The notes under the pieces were generated by a model that saw nothing but the letters and a program-made list of their open reading frames with translations, was not told where the DNA came from and ran no database searches. A DNA stretch of 61,009 bases from an uncultured Leptolyngbya sp. (lineage in GTDB: Bacteria; Cyanobacteriota; Cyanobacteriia; Phormidesmidales; Phormidesmidaceae): positions 1-61,009 of the forward strand of contig CAYGVA010000001.1 of NCBI GenBank assembly GCA_964353225.1, given 5' to 3'. The position numbers were made by a program, and so were the translations under genes. Below are positions 51,149 to 61,009 of this stretch, piece after piece (position 1 is the stretch's first letter; the number at the start of each line of letters is the position of its first letter).

Positions 51149-52903
51149 ATGGGCAGTCAGCAATTTACATGGACCTTAGGCATCACGATTGCCCTAATGG
51201 TGGGGACTGGGAGCGCCAGGGCTGAGATCGATAGCCCGTTGCCCTCCGCCCTTGAACAGGCGAAGACCCTGACCATTACCCCGACCGCGAAACCCAGTCC
51301 CCGGCTGGCCCAGGTGGATCCGGGGGAAGATCGCTTTCCCGACACTGAACCGCTAACCCCCCTGCCGCCCGCAGACACCACCGAGCCTTTGCCGGACACG
51401 TCCCTTCCCCTCACCGCACCCCCTACCGCTGACGTTTCCTTTCGGGTGACGGATATTCAGGTGGTGGGCAGCAGCTTATTTGACGCGGCCACCCTAGACG
51501 AGATTGTCGCCCCCTATGAGAACCGTCAGACGACCCTGGCGGAGCTACAACAGCTGGCGGACGCTATCACCCAGCGCTACCTCAACGAAGGCTACATTAC
51601 CTCCCGAGCGGTGGTCAGCACCCAAACCATTGTCGCTGGGGTGGTCGAGATTCAAATCATCGAGGGATCGCTGGAAGCCATTGAGGTGGAAGGCACGGCG
51701 ATCTTGCCGGATTACATCCGATCGCGGCTCTCTCTGGGTAGCACCCGCCCCCTCAATCAAGCCCGGCTAGAAGATCAATTGCGCCTGCTGCGCGCCGACC
51801 CTTTGTTTGAAACGGTGGAGGCGAGCCTCAGGGCGGGCAGTGGCCCTGGGCAAAGCATCCTGATCGTGCGGGTGCGGGAGGCCAATCGCTTTAGCGGCGC
51901 AATCACCAGCGACAACTATTCCCCGATTTCGGTGGGGGATGTCCGGTTTGGTGGCCAGTTTGCTTACCGTAGCGTAGTGGTTCCGGGCGATCGCTTCTCC
52001 ACCTCCCTGTCTTGGTCTGACACCAGGGGCTCGGAGGTCTATGACCTGGCCTATCAGGTCCCGATCAACCCCCTGAACGGCACCCTCCAATTTCGCTTTA
52101 CCCCCAACTTCTTTCGGATTACCGATAGCAATCAACCGGCCTTTAGCCTTGGCGTTCGGGGCACCACCGAGATTTATGATGTCACCTACCGGCAGCCCAT
52201 TGTTCGTACCCCCCGAGAGGAATTTGTCCTCTCCGCCGGATTTCGCCACCGCAACGGCTCTACCCTCATCGCCGGATTGATTACAGATGAAAACCGCACC
52301 TCTGTTCTCAGTTTTGGCCAGGACTATATTCGGCGGGATGTCGTTGGGGCTTGGGCGCTGCGATCGCAGTTCCGCTGGGGCACTAACCTGCTCAACGCCA
52401 CCCAAGCGGTGGCCCCCCTGGCCGACGGACAATTTTTTAGCTGGATTGGTCAAGTCCAGCGGGTGCAAATTCTCGCTCCTGATCATCTGCTGATTTTGCA
52501 AACCGACCTACAGTGGGCGAATGAGAGCCTATTGGGATCAGAGCAATTTTTCTTGGGAGGTGGCCTTTCGGTGCGGGGTTACGCCCAAAACCAGCGATTT
52601 GGGGACAATGGGATACGCTTTTCCATCGAAGACCAAATCACCCTGCAGCGAGATGAAGGGGGGCAACCCTATTTGCAAATCGCCCCGTTTTTAGAAGGGG
52701 GATACGTCTGGGATGAAAACACGAACTTCCAGAGCACCCGCAATAACTTGTTGCTAGGGACCGGCATCGGGGTGATTGCCAACCCCTTTCCCCAGTTCAA
52801 TGCCCGGTTTGATTTTGCCCTGCCGTTGATCGATATCGGTGAGTTGGCGACGGATCCATCCCAGGGACTACGGTTTTACTTCAGCTTGGGGTATCAGTTT
52901 TGA
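51149..52903 (+). CDS. ShlB/FhaC/HecB family (TpsB/Omp85) outer-membrane transporter
   Basis: Signal peptide, POTRA 'ITQRYLNEGYITSRA...IIEG', 'SEQFFLGGGLSVRGY', C-terminal YQF. Confidence 0.95.
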   Translation: MGSQQFTWTLGITIALMVGTGSARAEIDSPLPSALEQAKTLTITPTAKPSPRLAQVDPGEDRFPDTEPLTPLPPADTTEPLPDTSLPLTAPPTADVSFRVTDIQVVGSSLFDAATLDEIVAPYENRQTTLAELQQLADAITQRYLNEGYITSRAVVSTQTIVAGVVEIQIIEGSLEAIEVEGTAILPDYIRSRLSLGSTRPLNQARLEDQLRLLRADPLFETVEASLRAGSGPGQSILIVRVREANRFSGAITSDNYSPISVGDVRFGGQFAYRSVVVPGDRFSTSLSWSDTRGSEVYDLAYQVPINPLNGTLQFRFTPNFFRITDSNQPAFSLGVRGTTEIYDVTYRQPIVRTPREEFVLSAGFRHRNGSTLIAGLITDENRTSVLSFGQDYIRRDVVGAWALRSQFRWGTNLLNATQAVAPLADGQFFSWIGQVQRVQILAPDHLLILQTDLQWANESLLGSEQFFLGGGLSVRGYAQNQRFGDNGIRFSIEDQITLQRDEGGQPYLQIAPFLEGGYVWDENTNFQSTRNNLLLGTGIGVIANPFPQFNARFDFALPLIDIGELATDPSQGLRFYFSLGYQF

Positions 52904-53864
52904 CGGTGTTCAGGTTCGCTAGGGTGGCCCGCAGCTGGGAGATTTCAGCCTGATTACCCTGCTCATCGCCCATTTTGGCCAGCTGTAGTTTTTTCTGGGC
53001 CAACTCGGAGGCGATCTGGCGCAGCTGGTGTTGTTGCGGACGGGACCAGCCTAAGCGGGCAAGGTGGTGATAGCAACGGAAGCGACAGAGGGCCTGGTAT
53101 ACCGGGGTGGGCAGCACCGTTGGGGCTTCATCCCGCAGGTACTGGCGCAGTCGGGCGCGATCTACCCAGGGGGCAATCAACCAAAGCAACACCATCACCC
53201 CCACCAAGGTGCCGTAGTTGATGAGGGCCAGTAAAAAGGACGCACCATCGGTGACTTCGACTAGGGTAACGGCGGCATTATGGATAAAGTGGCCGATCAT
53301 GGCGAGGACCAAGCCACCCGTAATGAGGCTGATTTTAGCCAGGGTGCTGTGACGGTAGCGGGCTAACCCAAAACCAATGCCGATAAGGGCGGTCCAAAAA
53401 CCATGGAGCCCCCCAAAGACGATGGTACGCAGCACAAATAAGGTGCCCCACTCCGCCCAGTCGAGGGTCCCCATCAAGTAGAGAATATTTTCGACATAGG
53501 CAAAGCCAAATCCAGCCACGGCACCATAAACCAAGCCATCTACCCAACCGTCGAATTCACGGCGCTGGGTGGTGTAGACGATCGCCACCGCCACGGCTTT
53601 GAGGATTTCTTCGGTGATTGGCGCGCCAAACGCCGCTTGGATAAATTCACTCTCAAGGGTGGCGTCCCCCAGCAGAAGCGTGACCGGAATTGAGAAGACC
53701 ACCTGCAGAATGATGGCGGCGATGATTGCGGGCAGCGCTCCCCACAGAAAGGCGGCGGCCAAGTATTGGGGCGGTTCTTTTTCGTAGCGGTCTACAGTAC
53801 AGACGAGCCAAATATAGAAGGCGGTGGGCACCATTAAGGCCAGGATCGTAATCAGGAGTTTCAT
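52881..53864 (-). CDS. prsW: PrsW family intramembrane metalloprotease
   Basis: DRYEKEP, APITEEILK, GFGFAYVENILY, HGFWT, HFIHN. Confidence 0.92.
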   Translation of the reverse strand: MKLLITILALMVPTAFYIWLVCTVDRYEKEPPQYLAAAFLWGALPAIIAAIILQVVFSIPVTLLLGDATLESEFIQAAFGAPITEEILKAVAVAIVYTTQRREFDGWVDGLVYGAVAGFGFAYVENILYLMGTLDWAEWGTLFVLRTIVFGGLHGFWTALIGIGFGLARYRHSTLAKISLITGGLVLAMIGHFIHNAAVTLVEVTDGASFLLALINYGTLVGVMVLLWLIAPWVDRARLRQYLRDEAPTVLPTPVYQALCRFRCYHHLARLGWSRPQQHQLRQIASELAQKKLQLAKMGDEQGNQAEISQLRATLANLNTVKTDTPS

Positions 53865-54007
53865 GGTGCTAGGGGTGATCGAGAACGGTGATCTGAATCA
53901 ACATGGCGATATCAATATTCCCACCGTTAATGGTTAGGGGCGTCATTTTGGTGGTGTTTTGGGCCACACTTGGCCAATATTAAGACGAGGTATGAGGAAG
54001 AAGCCCG

Positions 54008-56494
54008 ATGAAGGTGCTTTTGGTTGATGATGATGAACTGTTGGTCCATCAATTGGTGGCCGCCCTCAATGCCCAGAATTATGTTGTTGATACGGCCAGT
54101 GATGGTATCGAGGGCTGGTCTTATAGCCAGGCCACCGTCTACGACCTGATTGTGCTCGATATTAATCTGCCTGAGCTAGATGGAATCTCGCTTTGTCGGC
54201 GGTTACGTCAGGCGGATTATCAAGGGGCGATCCTGTTGCTAAGTGCCCTCGGAGGCAAGGCGGACAAGGTGGCGGGGCTGGATGCCGGGGCCGATGATTA
54301 CGTGGTCAAACCCTGTGGGGTCGAAGAACTTACTGCCCGAATGCGAGCCCTATTGCGACGTCCTCAGGTGCTCACCGACGCCCTTTTACTCTGGGGAGAA
54401 CTACAGCTCGATCCCGCGACTCGGGAGGTCCGTTACGGCAGCCGCCTCCTAGACCTTTCTCCTAAGGAATATGGCCTATTGGAACTGTTTTTGCGCAATC
54501 CCCAGCGGATATTCAGCGCCAGTCTGCTGCTAGAGCGACTCTGGGGGTTTGAAGAGGTGCCTGGGGAAGAAACGGTACGCACCCACATTAAGCGTCTGCG
54601 CCAAAAGCTGAAGCGGGCTGGGGCCGATGATGTGATCAAAAACATTTACGGCATGGGCTATCGCCTCAATATTCGTGAGGTAGATCAGCCCCCTGATTTA
54701 CCTCACGAAGCGGAAAGCGCTCCCATTACCTTCCCGACAGAGGTCGCTCGGCAGGCGGCGATCGCCGCCCTAGAGCAATTTAGACCGGTCATCACCGAGC
54801 GCTTAACGGCCCTGTCAACGGCCCTCACCGCCCTCACCCAAGGCAACTTGTCTGAGCCCCAACGTCAAGCCGCTCGTCAAGCGGCCCATAAGCTAGCGGG
54901 CTCCCTCGGTATGTTTGGGCTGCCGAAGGGGTCCGACATTAGTCGTGGCCTCGAAATGCTGCTGCTGCCCGAGGCCCCATTGCCCCCCCTAGAACCTTTC
55001 CGGAGCCAGCTCCATGCTCTGCATCAGGTTCTGCATTATCCCCCCATACCCCTCACCGCGCCGCTAGAACCGCCAGAACTACTAGAATCGTCAATCCGAG
55101 AGCCTTTATCCTCTGCTGCCCAGATCCTGCCCGCGCAGGGGACTGCCCGCGCTAGGTCTCAGGCGGCACTGCCCTCACCTCAGACGTTGCCTTTGACCGA
55201 GCTTCTTTTTACGGTATTGCTCATTGAGGATGATCCGGTGATCTCCGCCCAATTAGTCGCGGAGAGCCATCAACTGGCCATGGAGGTGGTCACCGTGGCA
55301 AACCCAGAGGGAGCCTATCAGTACCTGGCCCACCAGACCCCCACCGCCGTATTGATGGATTTGGCCTTGCCGGATGATCCCCAAGCGGGCCTCAATCTGC
55401 TTCAGGACTTGACCCAGCGTTATCCGATGCTGCCGGTGGTGATTTTTAGCATCCATGACGGCATCCAAGAGCGACTCAAGGCGGCTCGGTATCGGTGCTG
55501 TGCTTTTCTCTCTAAAACCATGGCCCCGAAACAGGTGCTAGGCACCATTCAAGATATTGTCGGGCGGCGACAATTGGCGGACAGCCAAGTCATGGCTGTT
55601 GATGACGACCCGATGGTCTTGGCCCAATTGCAAGATATTTTGCCACGATGGGGGATTGATGTCATTCCCTTAGAAAATCCCCTGCAGGTGTGGGAGATGT
55701 TGCCCCAAGTCAATCCCGATTTGCTCATTCTGGATGTGGAAATGCCCCAAATGACGGGCATTGAAGTGTGTCAGATCCTGCGCAACGATGTGCTATGGCA
55801 GCGTTTGCCGATACTCTTTCTCAGTGCGCGCCGGGATCCGGAAACCATTCACCAGATTTACGGGGCTGGGGCCGATGACTATATTCCCAAGCCGTTTACC
55901 GAACCAGAATTGGTGACCCGTCTATTAAATCGTCTCGAACGGAGTCGGCTGCTGCGATCGCTCTCAGACATCGATCCCATGACCGGGTTGGTGAGTCTAC
56001 AGCAAGCCACCCGCACCCTCAATCAGCAACTGGTCCTAGCCCAGCGCTATGGCCAACCCCTCTGCATTGCCCTGATTACCATCGGCGGGGTTATCCGTGA
56101 CTCTCAGGAGCAACGTCTGCTGCTGCGTACCCTGATCCAGGATATGCAAGCGCGATTTCGCAGTGAGGACACCATCGCTCGTTTGGGTAAACTGACCTTT
56201 CTAGTGAGTCTCTATGGCCTCTCCCCAGAGCGGACCTTGGGGCGATTAGAAGACACTTTTGCTGCCCTCCAGCACACCCTATCTACCACCCATCAACCCC
56301 CACCCATCGCGCCTAAGCTCAGTGGTGGCCTTGCCACTGCCCCCGCCGATGGCATCGATCTCGATAGTCTTTATCACCAGGCTGAGCTAGCGCTGCTGGC
56401 GGCTCAGGCGGCCCCTGGAGATCGCATTATGACAGCAGCCAGCCTACCGCCATCGCCCCTCGACAAGCCCATTAGCCCGCCCATTAGCCCTTAA
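54008..56494 (+). CDS. Multi-domain response regulator REC-wHTH-Hpt-REC-REC-GGDEF(degenerate)
   Basis: OmpR-like N-terminus (LLVDDD, VLDINLP, GADDYVVKP, VRTHIKRLRQKL, YGMGY), Hpt AHKLAGSLG, two further REC domains, DPMTGL...RSEDTIARLGKLTF. Confidence 0.92.
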   Translation: MKVLLVDDDELLVHQLVAALNAQNYVVDTASDGIEGWSYSQATVYDLIVLDINLPELDGISLCRRLRQADYQGAILLLSALGGKADKVAGLDAGADDYVVKPCGVEELTARMRALLRRPQVLTDALLLWGELQLDPATREVRYGSRLLDLSPKEYGLLELFLRNPQRIFSASLLLERLWGFEEVPGEETVRTHIKRLRQKLKRAGADDVIKNIYGMGYRLNIREVDQPPDLPHEAESAPITFPTEVARQAAIAALEQFRPVITERLTALSTALTALTQGNLSEPQRQAARQAAHKLAGSLGMFGLPKGSDISRGLEMLLLPEAPLPPLEPFRSQLHALHQVLHYPPIPLTAPLEPPELLESSIREPLSSAAQILPAQGTARARSQAALPSPQTLPLTELLFTVLLIEDDPVISAQLVAESHQLAMEVVTVANPEGAYQYLAHQTPTAVLMDLALPDDPQAGLNLLQDLTQRYPMLPVVIFSIHDGIQERLKAARYRCCAFLSKTMAPKQVLGTIQDIVGRRQLADSQVMAVDDDPMVLAQLQDILPRWGIDVIPLENPLQVWEMLPQVNPDLLILDVEMPQMTGIEVCQILRNDVLWQRLPILFLSARRDPETIHQIYGAGADDYIPKPFTEPELVTRLLNRLERSRLLRSLSDIDPMTGLVSLQQATRTLNQQLVLAQRYGQPLCIALITIGGVIRDSQEQRLLLRTLIQDMQARFRSEDTIARLGKLTFLVSLYGLSPERTLGRLEDTFAALQHTLSTTHQPPPIAPKLSGGLATAPADGIDLDSLYHQAELALLAAQAAPGDRIMTAASLPPSPLDKPISPPISP

Positions 56495-56657
56495 ACACTC
56501 AACCGCTTTCAATACAAAATGTTGGCTTTGTCTGGGCAGAAAATGCTGTACTCAGCAACAATGATTGGGTTAGATTCAGGGCCAACCATTCTTCAATCGG
56601 GAAAGGCCCCTTGTTTAAATCCCTCGATAACACCTCAGCTTTTTTAGGATATTGGTC

Positions 56658-57044
56658 ATGAGCCAGCGGCAAATTCTGATTATTGATGATGAACCCGATA
56701 TTCGTGAAATTGCCAAATTAAGTCTTCAACTCACTAAAAAGTGGGATATTTTGACGGCAGCATCCGGAGCCGTTGGCATTACCTTAGCGGCCCAAGAACA
56801 ACCCGATGCCATCCTGCTGGATCTACTCATGCCCGAGATGGATGGCTTGGCCACCCTCAGAGGCCTGAACAGTAATGAACAAACCCGTCAGATTCCGGTG
56901 GTGCTGCTGACCGCCACGGTCAAACTCGCTATCCAAGATGACTACGTCCAACTCGGTGCGAAAGGTACCCTGATCAAACCCTTTGATCCGGGCATTTTAG
57001 GGGATCAAATCGAGCAGGTTCTAGGCTGGAAAGCCTTCGCTTAA
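56658..57044 (+). CDS. Single-domain response regulator (CheY-like)
   Basis: ILIIDDE, ILLDLLMPEMDG, LLTA, IKPFDP. Confidence 0.95.
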   Translation: MSQRQILIIDDEPDIREIAKLSLQLTKKWDILTAASGAVGITLAAQEQPDAILLDLLMPEMDGLATLRGLNSNEQTRQIPVVLLTATVKLAIQDDYVQLGAKGTLIKPFDPGILGDQIEQVLGWKAFA

Positions 57045-57159
57045 TCCAAAGTGCGGATTTTGTCGCCGTTACCGATTGAGGTGAATCCTAGCGGTGAGCC
57101 CCGAGAATAGCTCCCCGTAAGTTGGTAGTCTGGGTATTTGATCATTGTGATCTATCGTA

Positions 57160-58635
57160 ATGCCACCCGTTTATCCCTCCGCCCATCAGCCTAAATCGCC
57201 GCCCTTCCAGCGGGAGATGCGTACTTACTTTGATCGCATCGGTCCAGAAATCCCCCGATGGCAACGGCGCAACCGCTACTATTACCGTGATCTAGAGCGG
57301 CTCCATCAATTTTTGATTCCCCCCGACAGCCGAGTGCTAGAAATTGGCTGTGGCCTAGGGGATTTGTTGGGTGCGGTCTGCCCTCAGGTGGGGGTCGGCA
57401 TTGATTTTTCAGAACCGATTGTGCAGTTGGCCCGCCAAGCCAATCCCCATTTGCACTTCTATTGTTTAGATGCCGAAACCCTTCACCCCGAACAGTTGGC
57501 CCCTGAGCATCAACAATTTGACTACATCTTGCTCACCGGAGTACTGGGCTACCTAGGGGATGTGCAAACCACCTTGGCGCGGCTACAACCCTTTTGCCAT
57601 AGCCGGACCCGTCTCATTCTGGCTTTCCATAATTACACGTGGGAACCCCTGCTGCGCTTTGCAGAAGCCATTGGGCAGCGCCGCCCCCAACCCGCCCAGA
57701 GTTGGCTGTCTATGGATGATGTGGTCAACCTGCTGACGATCACAGGGTTCACCCCCTTGAAACGGGGGCGGCGCTTGTTGCTCCCCAAGCAGATTCCAGG
57801 GCTTTCGTTCTTGGTTAATCGCTATTTGGCCCCTTTACCGGTTTTGACCCATGGTTGCCTGACCAATTATGTAATTGCCCGGCCCCATGCCAGTCGCTGT
57901 GCGCCTGCCCCAGAACCCAGTTGCTCGGTGGTGATCCCGGCCCGTAATGAAGCGGGCAACATTCGCGCGGCGATCGCCCGTCTGCCCCAATTGGGTCACC
58001 ATACGGAGGTGATTTTTGTCGAGGGTCACTCCCAGGACAACACCTGGGATGAAATTCAGGCTTTACTGGCAGAATACAAGGGGCCGTTTACCCTCAAAGC
58101 CTTTCAGCAAGCGGGTAAGGGTAAGGCCGATGCGGTGCGGCTGGGCTTTGCCGAAGCCAGCGGTGATGTGCTGATGATTTTGGATGCGGATCTGACCGTC
58201 CCTCCAGAGGATTTACCCCATTTCATGGCGGTGATGGCCTCAGGGCTCGGGGAGTTTATCAACGGCTCTCGACTCGTTTACCCCCGCTCTAAAGCAGCCA
58301 TGCCCGGCCTCAACACCCTGGCCAACAAGATCTTTGCCCAGATCTTTTCCTTCTTGCTAGAGCAACCCCTCAAGGACACCCTCTGCGGCACCAAGGTGCT
58401 GTGGCGGCAGGACTATCAGCGCATTATTGCTGGACGGCATTATTTTGGTGACTTTGACCCGTTCGGAGACTTTGACCTCCTGTTTGGGGCGGCCAAGCTG
58501 AATTTGCAAATTGTTGAAGTGCCGATTCGTTACCAACCCCGCAGTTATGGAGAATCTAATATTGCCCATATCAAAGAAGGGCTGGTCTTGCTCAAAATGT
58601 GCGCCTATGCCTCCCGAAAGCTTAAGTTTCGCTAG
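57160..58635 (+). CDS. Class I SAM methyltransferase-like + GT2 glycosyltransferase fusion
   Basis: VLEIGCGLG, GIDFS; then SVVIPARNE, ILDADLT, DTLCGTK, DPFGDFDLLFGA. Confidence 0.92.
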   Translation: MPPVYPSAHQPKSPPFQREMRTYFDRIGPEIPRWQRRNRYYYRDLERLHQFLIPPDSRVLEIGCGLGDLLGAVCPQVGVGIDFSEPIVQLARQANPHLHFYCLDAETLHPEQLAPEHQQFDYILLTGVLGYLGDVQTTLARLQPFCHSRTRLILAFHNYTWEPLLRFAEAIGQRRPQPAQSWLSMDDVVNLLTITGFTPLKRGRRLLLPKQIPGLSFLVNRYLAPLPVLTHGCLTNYVIARPHASRCAPAPEPSCSVVIPARNEAGNIRAAIARLPQLGHHTEVIFVEGHSQDNTWDEIQALLAEYKGPFTLKAFQQAGKGKADAVRLGFAEASGDVLMILDADLTVPPEDLPHFMAVMASGLGEFINGSRLVYPRSKAAMPGLNTLANKIFAQIFSFLLEQPLKDTLCGTKVLWRQDYQRIIAGRHYFGDFDPFGDFDLLFGAAKLNLQIVEVPIRYQPRSYGESNIAHIKEGLVLLKMCAYASRKLKFR

Positions 58636-58668
58636 CCCCTGTGCCGCAGCACGACCTTGAAATAGGCC

Positions 58669-59520
58669 CTAGCAACCGGCATCTCCGACAACCCGAAAAG
58701 ACACTTGGCCTCCCCCCTGGCGAAGGGTCAGGGTGCCGTCAACATCCACCACCTCATAGTCTTGGGCTCCGGGGGTGACGGTTAACTCAACTTGGAAGCT
58801 GCCGTCGACGCTAGTGAATTGCTGGAAGGTCGTTTGACCGTAAAAGGGCTCTCCCGAGGCGCTAGCGCGGCGGAAACGGGTCATGGTGCCGTCAATGCGC
58901 ATCCAGGCATCATCGGGCTCTAGGCTATTGGCAAATACATACCTGCCAGGGGCGTCACCATCTCGACTGAGCACCATGCCACAACCCGCCTCAGATACCG
59001 TAAATAAGTCATCAATGGTGTAGGTATCCACCTGCAGGTTGACGGCGGTTTCGCCGCTGGCATCAATAAAGTCCCCCCGGATCCAGCCCTCGGCCCCAGA
59101 ACCGTCAAATTTGACGTAGTACCAGGGCACGTCTCCACCATCAGCGGCGGTTTTGAGCAGCAGTACGGGGTCCCCCACTAGGCCATAGCTGTCAGCAGCG
59201 GCATCGACACTGGGTTCCGAACGCAGATTAATCTGGGCTTGGGCATCGGCGGCGGTGAGCACCGCTGGCTGGGGCGGATCCACGGGGGCAGTGGTGATTG
59301 TGGTGTTGGCCTGGGCCGCAGTGGGGGGTGCCGGATCCGGCTTGGTCTGCTTTGTGTCAGCCAGGTTGGCGACCTGGCTGGGGGCACTGGCGGGAACCGT
59401 GGGTTCCTCAAAGGCGGGGGTTGAGGGGGCTTCGCTAACGGGGGCTTTGCCCCCCCCGCAGGCGGTCAACATCAGGAGTGCTGCCATCATCAATCCTGGG
59501 CGCAAACAAGCAAAAGTCAT
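58669..59520 (-). CDS. Lipoprotein with bacterial SH3 domain
   Basis: Lipobox LTAC, Pro/Ala linker, 'INLRSEPS...WYYVKF...EGWIRGDFI'. Confidence 0.85.
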   Translation of the reverse strand: MTFACLRPGLMMAALLMLTACGGGKAPVSEAPSTPAFEEPTVPASAPSQVANLADTKQTKPDPAPPTAAQANTTITTAPVDPPQPAVLTAADAQAQINLRSEPSVDAAADSYGLVGDPVLLLKTAADGGDVPWYYVKFDGSGAEGWIRGDFIDASGETAVNLQVDTYTIDDLFTVSEAGCGMVLSRDGDAPGRYVFANSLEPDDAWMRIDGTMTRFRRASASGEPFYGQTTFQQFTSVDGSFQVELTVTPGAQDYEVVDVDGTLTLRQGGGQVSFRVVGDAGC

Positions 59521-59700
59521 GGGAATAAAAGGTGAATTGACAGTTATGGGGAGATGCCAGCTTTCTGCGCCTCGGCTCCCCTAGATTTCCCCTAAGGAAC
59601 CCAGTGCGGCTTTTAGGGAAAAATGTCTAGGTGGATCCAGCTTGAATGGTAAGTTAATTTGTTGAATTGATCGAACGACTAGCGGAGTAATTGCGGCATT

Positions 59701-60630
59701 GTGGTGTCTGGATTCATTAATCTCCATAAGCCCCTAACCTGGACCTCCCACGATTGTGTGGCCAAGGTGCGGGGGCTGTTGCGGCTTAAGAAGGTGGGCC
59801 ATGGCGGCACCCTGGATCCGATGGCCTCGGGGGTATTGCCGATCGCCCTGGGGCGGGCAACGCGACTGATTCCGTTCTTGCCGGAGGATAAAACCTACCG
59901 GGCGATCATTCGCTTTGGCCTCACCACCAGCAGTGATGACTTAGAGGGGGAGGTCGTCACCCAGGCTCCGGTGCCAAATTTAAGCGAAGCTGAGGCGATC
60001 GCCCCCCTTCCCCAATTCCTCGGCACAATCGAGCAGATCCCCCCCCGCTATAGCGCCATCCAGGTGAATGGCAAACGCCTTTATAAACTCGCTCGCCAAG
60101 GGGAGGCGGTAGAGGTTCCCCCTCGCACCGTTACCGTCCATCAGCTCACGGTAGAGCACTGGCAAGGGGGGGACTTTCCTGAGCTCACCGTGGCGATCCG
60201 CTGTAGTGCAGGCACCTACATCCGCTCCATTGCCCGCGATTGGGGCGCTCACCTGGGGACCGGAGCGACCCTGGCCGGACTGGTGCGAACGGTGAGTGGC
60301 GGCTTTCACTTGGCGGATAGCCTCACCCTAGAGTCGCTAACCACGTTAATCACCGCAGAGGCCGTGACGCCGATCGCCCCAACCATGGCCCTCGCCCACA
60401 TCCCTCGCCTCACCCTGCCGGAACCCACCGCCACCCGTTGGCGGCAGGGCCAGAAACTCACCCTGCCCCTGGCCGAGGTGGCGTTGACTGAGACCTCAAT
60501 CGCAACGGCGACACCCTACACGGTCTTTGACCCGACCGGGCGGTTTTTGGGCATGACTGAGATTGCCCCCGCCGATACCGAGGGTGATTGCCGCCTGGTG
60601 GCCAAGATGGTCTATGAGGCCATGGGGTAA
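59701..60630 (+). CDS. truB: tRNA pseudouridine(55) synthase
   Basis: KPLTWTSHDCV, GHGGTLDPMASGVL, PPRYSAI, CSAGTYIRS. Confidence 0.98.
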   Translation: MVSGFINLHKPLTWTSHDCVAKVRGLLRLKKVGHGGTLDPMASGVLPIALGRATRLIPFLPEDKTYRAIIRFGLTTSSDDLEGEVVTQAPVPNLSEAEAIAPLPQFLGTIEQIPPRYSAIQVNGKRLYKLARQGEAVEVPPRTVTVHQLTVEHWQGGDFPELTVAIRCSAGTYIRSIARDWGAHLGTGATLAGLVRTVSGGFHLADSLTLESLTTLITAEAVTPIAPTMALAHIPRLTLPEPTATRWRQGQKLTLPLAEVALTETSIATATPYTVFDPTGRFLGMTEIAPADTEGDCRLVAKMVYEAMG

Positions 60631-60777
60631 GGGGACAGCCCCCACAACTGCCCCCACCCATCGTCGGCTGGAGGCAGGGCACGGTGACCCATCAGTCTTA
60701 GTGTCATAAGTACACAAAGGCGAGAATGAGGTTATGCTATGGGCGTGCTTCATCCCCTCGCTAACCGATTAGCCGCC

Positions 60778-61009
60778 ATGACGACCCCCACCCCACCCAG
60801 CTTTTTTGACCCCGTCCGTGTCCGTGAAGTCTACCGAGTGCCCTACCAGGAGCGCACGGGCCAAGCCCAGGCTTGGGCCACCGAGCACCACATCACCCCA
60901 GCCCATGGCGATGCCCAGCGCATTGCCCTGTTGTTGATTGATGTGCAAAATACCTTTTGTCTGCCGGATTTCGAGCTGTTTGTGGGGGGGAGATCGGGGC
61001 TGGCGGCGG
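60778..61009 (+). CDS. Isochorismatase/cysteine hydrolase family protein, N-terminus only (runs off window)
   Basis: Manual translation [26 protein letters not shown]...[26 protein letters not shown]; LLLIDVQN is the family motif. Confidence 0.85.
   Translation, partial: MTTPTPPSFFDPVRVREVYRVPYQERTGQAQAWATEHHITPAHGDAQRIALLLIDVQNTFCLPDFELFVGGRSGLAA

Larger units (their letters stand above)
1..61009. repeat. Dispersed HIP1 palindrome GCGATCGC
   Basis: Recurs throughout the window (e.g. near 27, 1750, 2761, 5610, 26185, 28400, 42885, 54758); hallmark of many cyanobacteria. Confidence 0.95.

Noticed and set aside
56467-56490. 12-bp tandem duplication GCCCATTAGCCC at the end of the regulator gene
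   Set aside because: In-frame slippage in a disordered tail; no evident significance

Overview
Cyanobacterial chromosomal segment: frequent HIP1 octamer GCGATCGC, NDH-1 genes, petE, psbV and a tRNA-Leu(UAA) carrying a group I intron. It is mostly housekeeping and photosynthesis genes (ureC, ndhF1/ndhD1, ndhL, ilvD, trpA, rnpB, accD, petE, psbV, yebC, truB, tRNA-Asn), interspersed with envelope and signalling genes. No CRISPR array, transposase or prophage was seen. The best candidate for an undescribed system is a tightly coupled four-gene envelope operon (22213-30648) encoding a secreted DUF11/Cna-B-like protein, a 1230-aa predicted outer-membrane beta-barrel, a beta-helix/OmpA anchor protein and a second secreted DUF11-type protein, followed by an apparently exported caspase-like CHAT protease. 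It looks like a dedicated surface-fibre or adhesin export machine. Other notable items: a hypothetical protein with an LCIB/theta-carbonic-anhydrase-like Cys/His/Cys pattern beside ndhD1-ndhF1; a collapsed TpsA-CHAT pseudogene before an intact TpsB transporter; a multi-domain response regulator with a dead GGDEF but intact RxxD site; and an unannotated 38-aa signal-peptide-only ORF. All family assignments come from motif recognition by eye, not database searches.
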